Assembly (NCBI GenBank): GCA_033442325.1
Contig: JAWQFM010000011.1
Location: 616,750 to 680,703 of the forward strand
DNA from: Salpingoeca rosetta
Taxonomy: Eukaryota > Protista > Choanoflagellata
Reading direction: 5' to 3'
Length of the DNA: 63,954 nucleotides
Shown: piece by piece, positions 13,797 through 32,401 of the stretch
Layout of the letters: every line of letters begins with the position of its first letter
Position numbering within the stretch: the first letter of the stretch is position 1
Made by a program: the position numbers and the translations under genes
Notes under the pieces: model-generated
Databases searched by the model: none
What the model was told of the DNA's origin: nothing
What the model saw: the letters and a program-made list of their open reading frames with translations, nothing else

Positions 13797-15038
13797 CAGG
13801 TCTCATGCGTTAATGCTCACACGTTGACACTCGCGCATTGACATCTGGTTGTTGCTACCACGTCCATGTTTGTGTCCACGGGTTTGTTTCTGTGCTTCCC
13901 CATCTGCCACAGGTGGACAGGGTGCACCGCTTGTGCCGTACGTGGACCTCATCCTGCACCGTTCGGCAGTGGAGAGCCGGTTGCTGCTCAACATCGGTGG
14001 CATTGCCAACATCACCGTGCTCCCAGCCAACGCCACTGCAGCGGACGTCGTTGCGTTTGATACGGGCCCAGGCAACATGCTCATGGATATGGCGGCGGCC
14101 AGGTTCACTCACAATGAACAGCGGTGCGACAGGAATGGAGCAATAGCTGCTCGCGGGGTCGTGCACACCGCTCTGCTTGCGTGGCTGCTTGACCATCCGT
14201 TCCTGCACAAGGCGCCCCCAAAGTCGACAGGCCGCGATGAGTTTGGAGCCGCCTTTTTCGCGCGGCTCCTGGAGATGTTTCCAGACATCCCTGCTGACGA
14301 TGTGCTTGCCACGCTCAATGCGTTTACGGCGCGCACAGTGTGCGATGCAGCCCTCCCCTTCATCAAACAGCACAGCATAGCAGAGGTGTGGGTGTCTGGC
14401 GGCGGCGCACACAACCCCGTGCTCATCTCCAACTTGCAGCGCGAGCTCCCAGATGCATGCCGGGTTGTGCAGCGATCAGGTGCGTGCGTGTGTGTGTCTG
14501 TACGTGTGGACGTGTGTGTGTGTGTGTGTGTACGTGTGGACGTGTATGTGTGTGTGTGTCTGTACGTGTGAACATGTGTGTGTGTGTGTGTCTGTACGTG
14601 TGGACGTGTGTGTGTGTCTGTGCGTGTGTGTGTATTGTTTTGTTCATACACGCACACACAACACACACATGCAAGTACAACGTGATGTCGTGACTAACTG
14701 TGCTGTGCGCGGTTGTTTTATTCCACGAGATCTGCCACCCTTCACATCCAATACAAACCCGTCACCCTCCTCTCACTGCCTCACGCTTGCACGCCGCCAT
14801 CCCCACGACAACTCGACCACCACCACGACCACCACAATCACCACCACCAGAGGATGCCTTTGACACGGATGCGCGGGAGGCGGTTGCGTTTGCGGTGCTT
14901 GCAAACGAGACCATGCACGGCAACACGGCGAACGTGCCCGCTGTGACAGGGGCGACAGCACCGGCCGTGCTGGGTGCAGTGTTTCCCGGCACGCGACGCG
15001 TGGACATGGCGACGGCTCTCCAGTCCAGCACGACATGA
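13029..15038 (+). CDS. anmK: Anhydro-N-acetylmuramic acid kinase (AnmK/levoglucosan kinase family); exons 13029-13506, 13913-14479, 14851-15038
   Basis: Family motifs [37 protein letters not shown]|[61 protein letters not shown]. Intron phases are compatible. Confidence 0.95.
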
Positions 15039-15355
15039 TCGACACTGATGGGCCGATTGCTTCAGGGGTTGGTTGGGTTGTTGGTTGGCTGGTCGGTTGA
15101 GGTGGGCGGAAGCTGGTCGTGCTGGTGGTGGTGGTGCACGCTTGATTGAAGATTGGCAAGTTTGGTGCGCACAGCAAGATGGTTGTCGATAGTGGTGGTG
15201 CGTGGTGCCCTGGCTCTGGGTTGTGGCTTTTATTTGTGTTTCTGTGGGTGTGGCTCACCGAAGGAAGAAAAGGCGGCACCACCCACCACGCACACAACTG
15301 GCAACCGTCATAACAGCCAATGAAAGGGTGACATGGGCAGGAGGAGAAAGAGAGT

Positions 15356-19285
<3,930 letters not shown>

Positions 19286-19380
19286 CGTCTCGTCGTCCTT
19301 CCTTTGTCTTCGCTGATGATTGTGGATAATTGGCTGAAGTATTCGTTAGATTTTCAGCAACCATCACCCACCAACCAACA
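19286..19380. promoter_or_regulatory. Putative bidirectional promoter ERGIC2/SKI3 (95 bp between start codons)
   Basis: Divergent ATGs at 19285(-) and 19381(+). Confidence 0.65.
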
Positions 19381-20964
19381 ATGAGCAAGAAGTTGCTGAA
19401 GGCGGCCAAGGCGGCGATTCAGGCGCAGGAGTACGACAGGGCACTGGACGCAGCCAACGTGTGTTCTGCTGCCGTGTCGTGCATGGCGGAGTGGAATGGG
19501 TCGGAATGGAATTGGGGGTGTAGAGGTGTCGCGTGGCGATACCCTGCCCGTTGCACTGGGAAAAACAGTCTTCATGTCACGTGTGTGATGTGATGTGTGA
19601 ACAGTGTGAACAGGGTGTGTGTGTGTACTCACTGAACTGTGTATTATTTACTCGACTGTGTATGGTTGTCTGATGTGAACGGCAGCAAATCCTGGACGAT
19701 GAGCCGGACCATTTTCACGCACTGCTCTTCGCTGCTATTGCACACGCCAAGCTTGGCGACTTCACCAGCGCCCAACAGCGATACAAGGATGCACTGGCGG
19801 CAGATTCTACCCAGGCCGTCGTCCACCAGGTGAGTGTGATGTGGATGTGTGGATGTGTGGATGTGTGGATGTGTGGATGTGTGGATGTGTGGATGTGTGG
19901 ATGTGTGGATGTGTGGATGTGTGGATGTGTGGATGTGTGCATGACCCTCTTTTGATGTGTGGATGTGGATGTGTGTGTGCGGGGGGAGGAGAAACTGCCA
20001 AGGTTTCAAGAACCAACAGCGGGCTAGAAGTCTGGCAAGCGATATCACCTTCCTTGTTGTCGTTCTTGCTAACCAGTGCCTCGGTCGGGGGGGGGGGGTT
20101 GCAGGGCCTGGCTGAGTTGTATGAGGCGCGGCTGCGCGACGATGAAGATGCCGAAGACGAGATGCTGTCGCTGCTCAAGGACACCTACAACACGCTGCTG
20201 ACCATGCAGGGAAACAACGCCACCGTCAAGGGCGAGCTTGTTCTGAGCCGCCTCTCCCGCGTGGAGGACAAGCTGGAGCACTTCCAGGAGGCCGCGAATT
20301 TGGTGCGAAGGGCCGCCGATATTGCTAGCGAGCCTGCAGAGAAGCTGGACCTGTGGACACGTGCGTTGGAGCTGACGATGAAGCGAGAGGCTGGGCTTGA
20401 CCGTGCCAAGAAGCTCAGCTATCCAGACCCCGTCGCCAGGGTGTGTGTGTGAATGAGTGAGTGAGTGAGTGTGTGTGTGTGAATGTGTGTGTGTGTGTGT
20501 GAATGTGTGAATGCGTGCATGTGTGAGTGAATGTTTGCGTGTGTGTGCGTGCGGGGGTGTAGTGAGTGAATGTGTGAATGAGTGCATGTGAGTGCAAATG
20601 TGCGTAAGTTTGCATGCGTGCGGACAGATGCGTGATGTATCTATGTAGTCTTCATCACCGTTCATTCATGTCATGACATGCGTTGCTGCGCTTGCATGCA
20701 CGTAGCGGCGGGCCATCATGGACGACATTGAGAACGATCCGCAGTCCGCCACGGCGCCTGTCATCTCTGCCATGCTGCCACTTGTCGAGCAGGGCCACCC
20801 CGAAAAGGTGCGTGTTGTGAGAGAAGGCACCATGTATGAGTGCATGCATGTGTTCCTGTGAATGTGTTGTGATGGTTGTGTGTTCGTTTTGTGCAGGCAA
20901 AAGGACTGCCTCGCTACACCTTTGGTCGCATTGGCTGAGTGGCCATGACGGCTTCTGTTCATGG

Positions 20965-21000
<36 letters not shown>

Positions 21001-21357
21001 ACACACACAAAACAATACACACCAGGCGACGGTGCGGCTGTTGGTGAGGCGGATCCAGGCGCTGTGGAGCGTTGGCCGTATGGGTGAGTGGCATCGCTGC
21101 TGCCACGTGTCCAAAGATGACGGAATTGGGATGGTGTTTGGGGGAGGGGGGACGATGGTGGTGTGACATGAAGGTGATTTGGCAACAAGTGTGATGGTGG
21201 CGCGATGCAATCAGGGGTGGGCATTTTTTTTTTTTTTTTTGGGATCGCGTGCTGCGTCGTTGCCTGAAAACTCGTTCTCTCCGCTATCCCTGTTACCGAC
21301 TTCATTGCACGACAGCCAGCCAGCCAGACACACACGCACAGACACACACACACACAG

Positions 21358-21389
<32 letters not shown>

Positions 21390-22374
21390 AGATACACGCT
21401 CGGTTTTGCTTACACAATCGCGCGCACACACACACATGCGCATTAACATGGTCAATCACATGTGCGTGTCCTGAATTCCACCAGATACGGCCGCGGCGGT
21501 GCGCGCGTTTCGACTCGGTGTCAGCGCCATCCAACCTGCCAGCACTGACGATGATGTTAGAGACGATGGAGGTGTTGATGATACTGCGACGAAGAAAGGT
21601 GTGTGGTGGGGGTTGTTTGTGTTGTCGTGTTGTTGTAGATTGCTCGTGGAATCGCATTCCGTGTCGTGTTGTGGCTGTGCTGTGTATGTGTTGCGCGTGC
21701 GTGTGGCAAATGGTTGTAGAAGCGTTGGGTTTCGATGCACGACGTGTTGGTTGCGCATTGCTCGCGTCTTACTCATCCGTCAGTGCACACACTCCACGTC
21801 TCATCGCCAGCTGCTGTGGAGACGGCACTGGCGCTGTACTCCAACCTGGCTTGCGATGATGAGGGTGCACAACTCATTCAAGACTGCAAGGTCAGGCCAC
21901 GCTGCCTGTATTCGTCGCCCATGCACACATACACACACACACACACTGCTTGCACATGCAATATAGATACCGCACCCCCAACTACTTGTTCACAGCTCGT
22001 TGTGTACGTGCGCGTGTGTGCGCGTGTACGTGTGCGTGGTGATGCAACAGGAGGTGGGTGTGATTGCTTCCCTCGCCGACTCCATCGAGGACTCGGACGT
22101 GGCCGTCGCTCTCAAAGGTGCGCGATGACCCGCAGCTGCACACAGACAGACACAGACAGACACAGACAGACACAGACAGACAGACACACACACACACATA
22201 CACACACACAGACACAGACAGACAGACACACACACACACATACACACACACAGACACACACACAGACACACAGACACACAGACACAGACACAGACACAGA
22301 CACAGACACACAGACACACAGACACAGACACAGACACAGACACAGACACAGACACAGACACAGACACAGACACA

Positions 22375-22411
<37 letters not shown>

Positions 22412-22718
22412 TGCTCACGGATGCTTTTAACCCCCGTCCCCACCACCACCACCGCCACTCTGTGCGCTCGTGCAGTGGAGCGAGCGCTCAACACTTCATC
22501 GCCGACGAGCGTCAATTGGGACGAACTGCAGGCGGAGGTCGAGAAAACCGTGGACACACACGCAGACACGCGGGACCTCATTCTCCTCCGAAAGCACCTC
22601 GCCCTGGTGAGTTGCACAGTTGATCACGCTGGCGAGCTAGCATTGGGCTGAGTCATGACTTACTGTGCACACACGTGCGTTGTCTCCTTTTTGTCGCACG
22701 CTCTGTTGGCCCTCACCC

Positions 22719-22757
<39 letters not shown>

Positions 22758-25700
22758 CAGCTGCTGTACAGCCGGGATGACTTTGCGGGCTGCGATCGCA
22801 CGTGCCAAGCGGCTCTCGAACGCATCAACGCGCTCAACGCAGAGGCGGCAGGACGAAAGCTCCGGCGCATGTGGGAATGGTTTACGGTGATGCACGCCGT
22901 GACGATGACCCACCTCGACACGCTGCACTTGAAGCAGCACCAAACCACGCTCGCTACACACGCGGAAAACGCCTTTGCACAAGCCGGTACGTGTATGCGA
23001 TTGAGAGAGTGTGTGTGTTGTTGGATGTGATCGTGTGTCGTCATGCGTACGGCTCACTCAATCCAATTCTATCGTTCGCTTTCACTGATACACGTGTCAT
23101 CAACAACATGAAGAATGAGCATCCAACCCCCTTTTTTTTTTTTTGAGCTCACGTGTGTCGTATGTATGCATGTACGCATGTGCTGTCTCACACTCACACT
23201 CACACACTCACACTCACACTCACACTCACACTCACACTCCCTGTCCTCTCCTCCTCCCTCACTCCCTCTCCACCTGTACATGTGTACATCAGGCCTGGCG
23301 CGGATCGCTGCCCGGTGGAACAAGCGCGATCTTGCCATGATGCACGCGGAGACTTCGGTTTCGCTCGACAACATGTGCGGTACTGCCCATGCGGCCCTTG
23401 CGGTGGCGCGGGGTATGGCGGGCGATGTGGATGGCGCAGTGGCGGCGGCCAAAGCAGCCGTGGACGTCCAGCCGACGTGCGCTGACCACCACTACCAACA
23501 CGGCAGATTCCTCACGCTGCAGCACCAGCAGCGCTTACGACAACAACAGCAGCAACAGCAGCAGGACGGGAGAGACAGTGCCGGCGGCAGCAGCGTGGCC
23601 GGCACCACCACCACCACCACCACCACCACCACATCCGAGGTGGAGATTGACGCTGCCCTTCCCATCCCACGGACAGCATTGCGTCCATGGCTCCTGTGTC
23701 TTCGCGTCAGCCGCGGCCACAGCAACGCCCTGTACTACATTGGCTGCTACTACGCCGCCACCAACATGGACAAGGCTGTGCGCTGCTATGCAAAGGCACT
23801 TGAGGCTGAACCCCTGCATCCGAAGGCCGCCCATGCCCTTTGGCTCGCACACATGCGCGCGGGGCGAACGGAGAACGCGGATGCACTGGTGACGACACTG
23901 GCGGCGCACGCGGGCTCTGATCGGCTGTCGTGGGTGTGGATGCGCAAGGCGTTGCTTGAGCTCGGCAGCGGGGACGTGGGCACAGCCGTTGTCTCGCTGC
24001 AGACGGCCCTGCGTGCAGACACGGGCAGCGCGCTGCTGTGGCAGCTGCTTGGAGAGGCGTACCACCGGCGCGGTAGCTTCCTCGCCGCGCACAAGGCGTT
24101 TGACCAGTGCCTCGAGCGAGACCCAGCGTGCCTGCATGCAATGTACATGAAAGGACTGGCGCTGCTGCGGCTTGGGGACGAGGAAGAGGCCATGCACACG
24201 TTCCAGTCTGTTCTCGACATTGACAACACGCACGCGCCCGCCATTGAAGGGCTTGCCTCGGCGCTGTACTCCAATGCGCGCACGTTCTATCGGAACAGAC
24301 GTCCCGAACTCTGCCTTGACGCAATCAACCACGCCCTCGCCGTCCTCCAGCCAGCCCTGCACTCCTCCAACCCATACGTGTGCCTGTGGAAGCTGTGCGG
24401 TGACGCGTATGAGCTGGCCACGCAGCTGCCGCCCACGACCATGGCCCGCGTGCAACCCATCATGTTCGCCTCCACAGCGGCTGCATCGAATGCTGCTGGC
24501 GAAGATGCTGGAGCTCAAGACACCTGCTTTGCGGTGCTCAACGCATGTGCTGCTGCTGCGTTCGCGCGTGTTGTGCGGTCGCATGCGACGGCCGGCGCCT
24601 ATTGCGACCTCGCCGTTAACCGCTGGCGGCTGTACAGCAGCAAGCACGCGAAACGCGCCGGACCACGGGAAGACACCCTCTTGCATCAGGTTCAGCGCTT
24701 GTGCATGCAGGCACTGACCTTGGATCGCGACTACACCGACGCGTGGAACATGCTCGGCATCGCCGCATTTGCACTCCAGGTATTGGTTGCGGCATGCGTG
24801 CTGCGATTGTCGTGGTAGCTGTTGTGCTCGCGGCTGGATGGCCGTGTGGCTGTGTGGCCGTGTGGCCGTGTGGCTGTCATGCTCTTTGTCGTTTGCTATC
24901 GTCGTCTCACACGCAATGGCCGCTCCCTTGCCCATTCTCTGCTCTACAACGCCAGGACGTGCGCCTTGCGTACAACAGCTTTGCGAACGCGGCCACGTCC
25001 TCCCCCAGCAGCGCATCCACGTGGGTGCACATTGGGGCGCTGTTTAAATCGCGCGGCAGAACACGCGAGGCGCACCGTGCGTTCACACAGGCGCAGATGC
25101 TGGACCCAGGCAAGTCGCGGGCGTGGATTGGGCAGGCGCTGGTGGCCGCGGAGGTGCAGCACGAAGAGACGCTTGATCTCTTCCGCCACGCGCTTGAGCT
25201 ATATCCACACGGCAGTGCCGCCCGCGCGTTTGCATTCTACACGCTGGAGTCACTTCGCCCCAAGCGGCACTCCGCCACACCCAATAGCGGTGATGGTGAT
25301 GGTGATGGTGGTGGCGATGATGGCGCCAGCGGTGCTGGTGATGGTGGTGATGCAGGGAGTGGTGCCGGCAGCAGCGGTCGTCGCGGACATGTGCCGACAC
25401 CAACGGGCGACGTGCCGCGTGGATGCGAGGAGCAGTACCTGCTGCAGGCGAGCACAGCGCTGATAGCGCTCACATCAACAGCAGGCGGCAGCGCAGACGT
25501 GTGTGTGCACAACATGTGCGGCGTCCTGTACGAGCGCCTGCGTCTGTACAAACGCGCGGAACAGCTCTACCGACAAGCGCTTGACCTCGCCCAGCAGCAA
25601 CAGGCGCACGCTGCTTCCGACAGTGCTGATGACAGCGACAACAACGGCAACAGCAACAATGTCAACAACGGCGTGCATCTTGCTGTCATCAAGCACAACC

Positions 25701-28183
25701 TTGCGCGGTGCCTGGCGCTGCAGGGCAGTGCGGAGTGTCTGCCGCTGTTTGCACAAGAAGTGGAAGCTGGCACAGCAGACACGTCCACGCTCTGTCTTTA
25801 CGCAAAGGCGCTCCTGGAACAGGGCGACATCGCTGCAGCATTTCAGGTGATTTATCCGATGGTGTGTGCTGTGGTGTGGACTTGTGTGTGCGTGTTTGTG
25901 TTTGTGCTTGTGTGCAGTATATGTCCGTGTGTATTCTGGTGTTGGTTGTTTGCGTGTGCTCTTGTGTAGGTCGCATAGCCGTTGTTTGCAAAGCGATCAG
26001 CCCCCAGTGGTCCTTGCTCCCTCATGCTTGTTCCCCTTTCCTCCGCTTCTGTTCACCACGACGACCACGACGACCACCATCACAACTTCTTGTCAGGTGT
26101 ACAAGCATGCACATGATGCATCACCGGGCAGCGAGGACCGGGCGGAGATTGCTGCGAGTATGGCTGTTGTTGCTTTTGCCAACGACGAGGTGGACCTTGC
26201 CAAGCAGCTGTTGGCTGAGGCGACACGTGATCCGGCGGCCTGCCCGCCAGCCGTCTTCATCACCGCCGCTCTCGGTCTCTTTGCCGGCGATCTGCAGCTC
26301 GCAGAGCACGCGCTTGGTGAGACAGATGTTGAATGGCGGTTTGTTGTGTCCGTTGTGTTGCGTTGCTGTGTTGGATTGTGCCACGTGAACGCATGTGTAA
26401 TGTGCTGGTGTCGAGTGACGTGTGGAGTCTTGTCTCACGTTTTCACACACACATACAAACACGCAAACGCACACACACACACACACATACATACATACAA
26501 ACATGCAAACGCACACACACACATACATACATACAAACATGCAAACGCACACAAACATACATACATACACGCAAACGCACACAAACGCACGCACACACAC
26601 ATGCACACATACACACATCCGGTGCAGCGTATGGGCCGCAGCTGTGGACGGATGGCACAAATTCCAGCAAGCCGTTTGTGTCGGAGTACTTGCGTTTGTC
26701 GGCGTTTGCATATGCAATGGCGGGGGCGCCTAAAGTTGCTCAGTCCTTCCTCATGCAGGTGCGATTATCGACGCAGATGGCTGTTGCTAGCGCATGCTGT
26801 GTTTGTGTGCGCACGAGTGTGCGTGTGTGTATGACTGAGTGTGCGTGTGTGTATGACTGAGTGTGCGTGTGTGTATGACTGAGTGCGTGTATATGAGTGA
26901 TGTGTGCATGCACGAGCAACACCAATGGTCATTACTTGCCACCACTAGCCGCTGCCGCCGCCATCTCATTTAACTGTCGCCACCACACCACCATCATGTG
27001 TGGCTACCCAGCTGATCCATGTCTTCCCCGAGGACGCAAGCACGTGGACTCTGCTTGCACAGGTGTTGTGCGGCGGCAATCCAGCGCCAGCAGCGTACGT
27101 CGTGTGTCATCGCTGTTGCGCTTTGTTTGCTGTCTCAACTTTTCCGTTGCTTATGTTCCACCACACTATTGCACATCATATCTGCACACAACCCCAGCCC
27201 TCAATGAAGCCAGCATGCACACGCAGCATGGGCAGGGGGAGGGGATTCACGTCATTGCCCACTTCCACCTCTGCTTCCAGTGTCTCCTCACATCATTGTT
27301 CCGTTTTCTCGCTCTCTTCCAACCACCGCCATCATCACCGTCATCACCTTGATCACCATCACTACAACCACCACCACCACCGTTGCCACGATCACGACAA
27401 CCACCATCATCACCATCACCACCACCAGCACATCAGCAGCGGTCGTTGCGCTCAAGGCCTCTGCTGCTGCGTCTGCAACCCACTCTGCACGCGAGATGGA
27501 GGCTGCTGCCCTCCTCGCCCGCGGCGCACACGACGCACGCGCCCGGCTCGAATACCCTGCCCCCACTCCCCGCAGCACGGCGCCACAGAGCAGCGAGGGC
27601 GGTGAGGATACACGTCAAGCATCGGCAGCGCGGGAACCTGACACAACATCACCACCATCATCATCATCGTTACCTAATGCAGCAGATGACAATGCAGGGG
27701 CACCGTCGTCAGCAGTGCCACCACCATCATCATCAGTTCCATCGTCGTCGTCGTCGTCGTCGTCATCATCATCATCATCATCACCTCCGCTGCCGGCCCG
27801 GTCTGTGCTGGACCACGCCGTCTCGAGCGCCATGCGAGGTGTGCACGCAGCGCCAACGGCACCAGATGCGTGGTGCATGGCTGCGCTGGCCCACCTCGCT
27901 CGCGGCGTTGCTCGCGCGTGCGTGGACGACGTGCGGCGTGCGCGTGTGTGCTGTGAGCGCGGCATGGCGCTTGCAGAGGACGCGCTGCAGGCTCTTCCCA
28001 CACTCGCACTCACCACGCCAAAGTAAGCACCGTGCGTATTGTGACTCTGTGTGTGTGTGTGTGCATGACTGTTTGTGTGCTTCCATCTGTGCGTGTGTGC
28101 ATGACTGTTTGTGTGCTTCCATCTGTGCGTGTGCGCGCGTTTGATTCTTGTTGTCAGACTCAACACCACCCCCTCTCTCCCAT

Positions 28184-28227
<44 letters not shown>

Positions 28228-29403
28228 TTGCGCGTTGTGCAGGCGGTATCAGCTGCAAATGGTGTTGCGGTGGTGTCACCTCACGTGGTGCGAGTGCGGC
28301 CTTGCGCTGTATACGCACACAGCACAGAATGCCGTCGAGACGGAGGTGTGGCCTCGAATGCTGATGCTCTGACTGCTGCTGCGTGTGTGCGTGTGTGTGT
28401 GTGTGCGTGTGTGTGTGCGTGCATATTGCAGGAGCATGTGGAAGAGAGTTTTGTGGCCGTGGCCGTTTCTTCGTTTCAGTCTTTGTTCTGTTGATGCGCC
28501 ATGTTCACGTCTTCGAAACGCGGGCGGACACACAACTCACCTTGGTCGCAGGTCACTTTGTGCGAGCGCATGTTGCAAGAGGAAGGACAAGATTACCTGT
28601 ACGTGGCACACACACACACCTACTCACACGCACATACACCAACTTACACACACCCACCAACTCATACACCCACACGATACAACGCAACACACGCACACAC
28701 ACACACCAACTCATACACGCACACACACACACACACACACGCACACACACACACACACACACGCGCGCGCACGAATGATAGGCGCTCGCATGTGGTGTTG
28801 TGTCTGGCAAAGTTGACGTCTGCACTTGGGAATGTTGAAAGCGCAACAACTCTGCTTCTCTCCAACGAGCACGCCACCGCCAGCGACATTACGGTTGGTT
28901 TTCAAAGACACAGCAAACAAACAAATACGCACACGTGTGCGCGTGTGCACGTTTAACAGCTACACCAACTCTGTTTCGCATCTACTAGACTTCCATGCTT
29001 ACAGGCTTACACCCTTGATTGCTTGCCGCCTTTGACTTGGCTTCTTCATTTCGCTCACTGGCATCTCGTTTCTGCTGTTTTCTACCAACAGGTGTTTGCT
29101 GCGCACTTGCATGCCCTTGGGAACACGCGCGCGGCGCTCACCCTCGTTGAAGGCACGTTGTCACGCTTTCCAGCACCGGAAGCACCGTCCGGTGGTGACG
29201 CAGACACGGGTGCACAGGCACGTGCGAGGGCAACGATGCTGACGTGGGCAGCGCATCTCTCCCTTGCATGTGAAGATGCAACGAAGGCACTGCAATTTGC
29301 AACGGAAGCGGTGGCTTTGGGTCGCTGTGATGAGCGCAACATCTCGAGTGCCGCTGCCAGCGTGATTGTCAAACGAGCAAAGGCAGCAGGCGCACGCGGC
29401 TGA
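19381..29403 (+). CDS. TTC37: Superkiller complex TPR protein (SKI3/TTC37-like), many exons
   Basis: N-terminus [23 protein letters not shown]...QGLAELYE and later TPR blocks ([79 protein letters not shown]) are typical of Ski3/TTC37. Confidence 0.9.
19838..19940. repeat. (GATGTGTG)n octamer repeat in a SKI3 intron
   Basis: Read directly from the sequence. Confidence 0.95.
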
Positions 29404-29424
29404 TGCTACCTTGCGCAACGTTGT

Positions 29425-29517
<93 letters not shown>

Positions 29518-29907
29518 GTTGCTTTGTTGGTTGGTTCGTATTGGTTGGTTGTGGAAAAAGTCATCATGTGTGGGCGTTTGCATTACAACAGCGAGCGCGT
29601 GCGTTGGTTCTGTAGTGGCACGTTGCCCATGACATCTTCAGTGTTTATCAGGGGTGCGAATCGACAGGAAATCACATCAGCGCAGTACAACCCCATGTAC
29701 TTCTACATACAACAGCATGCCCCACGCCAACGGTCACAAGAGCAAAACGAGCGAGAGCACGGTGTCCTTCAACCACAGACAGACAGACGAACAGAGAAGT
29801 GCAAGACACAAAGTGCAGTATCACACACACACACACACACACGCTCTATCTCTCTCTCTCTCTATCTCTCTCCAATCCATGCCATTCATTACGTGCGATG
29901 TGACAAA

Positions 29908-31027
29908 TTACGCGGACGACTCGCTGCTTGCAAGCAAGACGACGACGGCGGTGGTGTCATCAATCTTGTCCGGATCCATGCAGTACTCCTGCGCGTCCTT
30001 GCACAGCGTCTCTGCGGCGTCTGCGGCATCGCCCGCGCTGTTGGTGACGCGGTCAAGCATGTCAAAGGGCTGCAGCTCGTCTGTCACGCCGTCCGAGCAG
30101 ACCACGACACCATATGTGGTGGCCGGGTCAAGGTCCTCGACGTGCACGTCTGGCGTGGCGATGATGCCCGCAACGCGCAGCAGCTTGTGGCCGAGGGAGC
30201 GCGTGAGTTGCAGCTCATATTGGCACAGGACGGGGTCGGTTGGTGCAATGTATCCGTCCGGCGTGAAGATGGCGGCGCCGGGGAAGTCACGGTCGACGCG
30301 GTCAATCTCCAACTGCGATGACGCCGTGTGCTTGGAGGCGTGGGACACGGCCAGGTAGCCGTCCCTGCTGCTGGGGTCAGCGTCGCAGTTCTGCCGCATG
30401 ACAATGGCGTCTGCGTCGCCGGCGTTGCCGATAGTGAGGCGGTCGCGGTGGATCACGGCAACAACAGCGGTGCAGCCAAAGTCGATGGGCCGTGGCGGCA
30501 TGTAGTCGTGCTCGGGACACACGTACATGGCGCCGAGGTCGGGGGATGCGTCCTGCTTCAGCTCGAAGGAGAGGGGCGTGCTGCCGCTCACGTACACATA
30601 CGTGCTGGGCGGATTGTCGTGTGCGTCCAGGACAGCCAGGTTGAGCTGCTCAAAGAGGTCGACCATAAACGTGGCTGGGTCCGACTGCAACAGCGCGACG
30701 TTCAGGGAACCGCTTGCACACATGTCATCCAGCTCCTTCCTTGCGGTCTCTGCGGCCACCTCGCCAAGCAGGCCGTGGCCATCGAAGACGGCAGTCACGG
30801 TTATGGGCTCGCCGTTCAGCATGCCTTTGAAGGAGAATGGCACGTCCTGGTTCACGTCGCCGTCTGCGATTGGGCACACATGTCGTGATGCGCGTAAGGC
30901 TGAGTATGAATGGTGAAGGCCGTGATCGGTTGCGATTCACACAACGCATGCAGAAAAGCAAAGCTTCACTCACAATCACACACACACACACACAGCCACA
31001 TTTGCATAATTGCACACTCACACGATC

Positions 31028-31101
<74 letters not shown>

Positions 31102-32187
31102 GCACGCACGTCGGGTTCCGTGGGTGGAATATGAGCCAATGGCTTTGACAGCAACAAGCGGTTGTGAAGGTGCGGGTGCTTCTGAAGATGAGGCCGCCTT
31201 GGGCGCACCGTCCACTTCTTCCTCTGTTGGCGTGCTGTCGAGTGTGGCACCTTGCACTTCGCGCGCGGCTGCGGTAACGGCGTCATCACCGCCATCGTTG
31301 TGCTCTTCATGCGCCTCTTCCTCTGCTGAAGTTGGTGCGTCTTCTTTCATTTGCTGTGGCGGTGCTTCCTGTTGTGGAGTGGCATTCGGCTCTGGCTGCT
31401 CAGCTGGCTTTGTTTCCGTCGGCTCCGGCTGATCTAGCGCTTCGCTTCTGGCCTCCGACGCAGGTGCAGGCGTTTCTGGTGTTGACAGCTGCGGGTGGTG
31501 TGGCTCTGCCGCCTCCTTGTCCACCTCGTTGAGCTCACTCTTAATCTCTGCTTGTGCTGATTTTGCCGCTGGCTTCGGCGCCGGCGCTGGGGCTGCGGGC
31601 TTTGGCTGCGTTGTTGTTGGAGCTAGCTTGGGCTTGACAGCGGGGCGGTGGCTGGGCGTCGTTCGTCCGCCACGGCGCACAGTCAGCGTGAACGGCTCAT
31701 GGAGGGCAGAGATTTGTTTGACAACGGCCGCCAGCGGTACGCTGGAGGACACGTCGCTATCGTTGATCCTGATGACGCGATCATCAGCACAGAGGCCGCT
31801 CGCAGCTGCCACGCCATCTGCACGTCAACCCCAAATTCACGCACACGCACACACGCACACGCACGCGTATGGAAAAGTGGTGAGAAGTAAAGAGGGACAA
31901 GGGAGCCGCGTCAAGCGAGAGGATGTACCCGTGTTGAGCAAAAACAAGCAACCGTGCACTGCGATCAATCTAGAGTGGACAGTGGTCATGTGCTGTGTTG
32001 TTGCGATGCCTCGCTTGCACATGCACGGCGGATCAAGCAGCGATGCGTGATGATGATCTGCACCGATCTTACCTTGGCTGAGGCTGGAGATGATGTATGG
32101 AGCCCCTGCACCAGTGAGCTTCATCCCAAGCTTCTTCCCTGCTGCGGGAGTGACGGTGCACTCCACAGTCTCGACTCCATCCGCCAT
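29908..32187 (-). CDS. PDZ domain + acidic/Pro-rich linker + PP2C/PPM phosphatase (3 exons)
   Basis: PDZ: KKLGMKL..PYIISSLSQ|DGVAAASGLCADDRVIRIND. PP2C: STHGTR|P..NQD, VFDGHG, GCTAVVAVI, GNAGD, TRSLGH, CSDGVTD, DDTTAVVV. The exons join in frame. Confidence 0.9.
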
Positions 32188-32298
32188 GGTTCCAAAGGTG
32201 TGGGTGGGGGTTGCGATGTGTGTTGGCTGGCTGGGTGGTGTTTGTGTGTTTGCGACACCAGCTTGCTTGGTTCTTGTTTTGGCAAAATTGCACACAAT

Positions 32299-32357
32299 GG
32301 TTGTTGTTGTTGTTGGTGTTGTTGTTGTTGGTGTTGTTGTTGTTGTTGTTGTCGTCG

Positions 32358-32401
<44 letters not shown>

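Noticed and set aside
23535-25016. 493-aa minus-strand ORF
   Set aside because: Antisense shadow of a long GC-rich SKI3 exon; no recognisable motifs.
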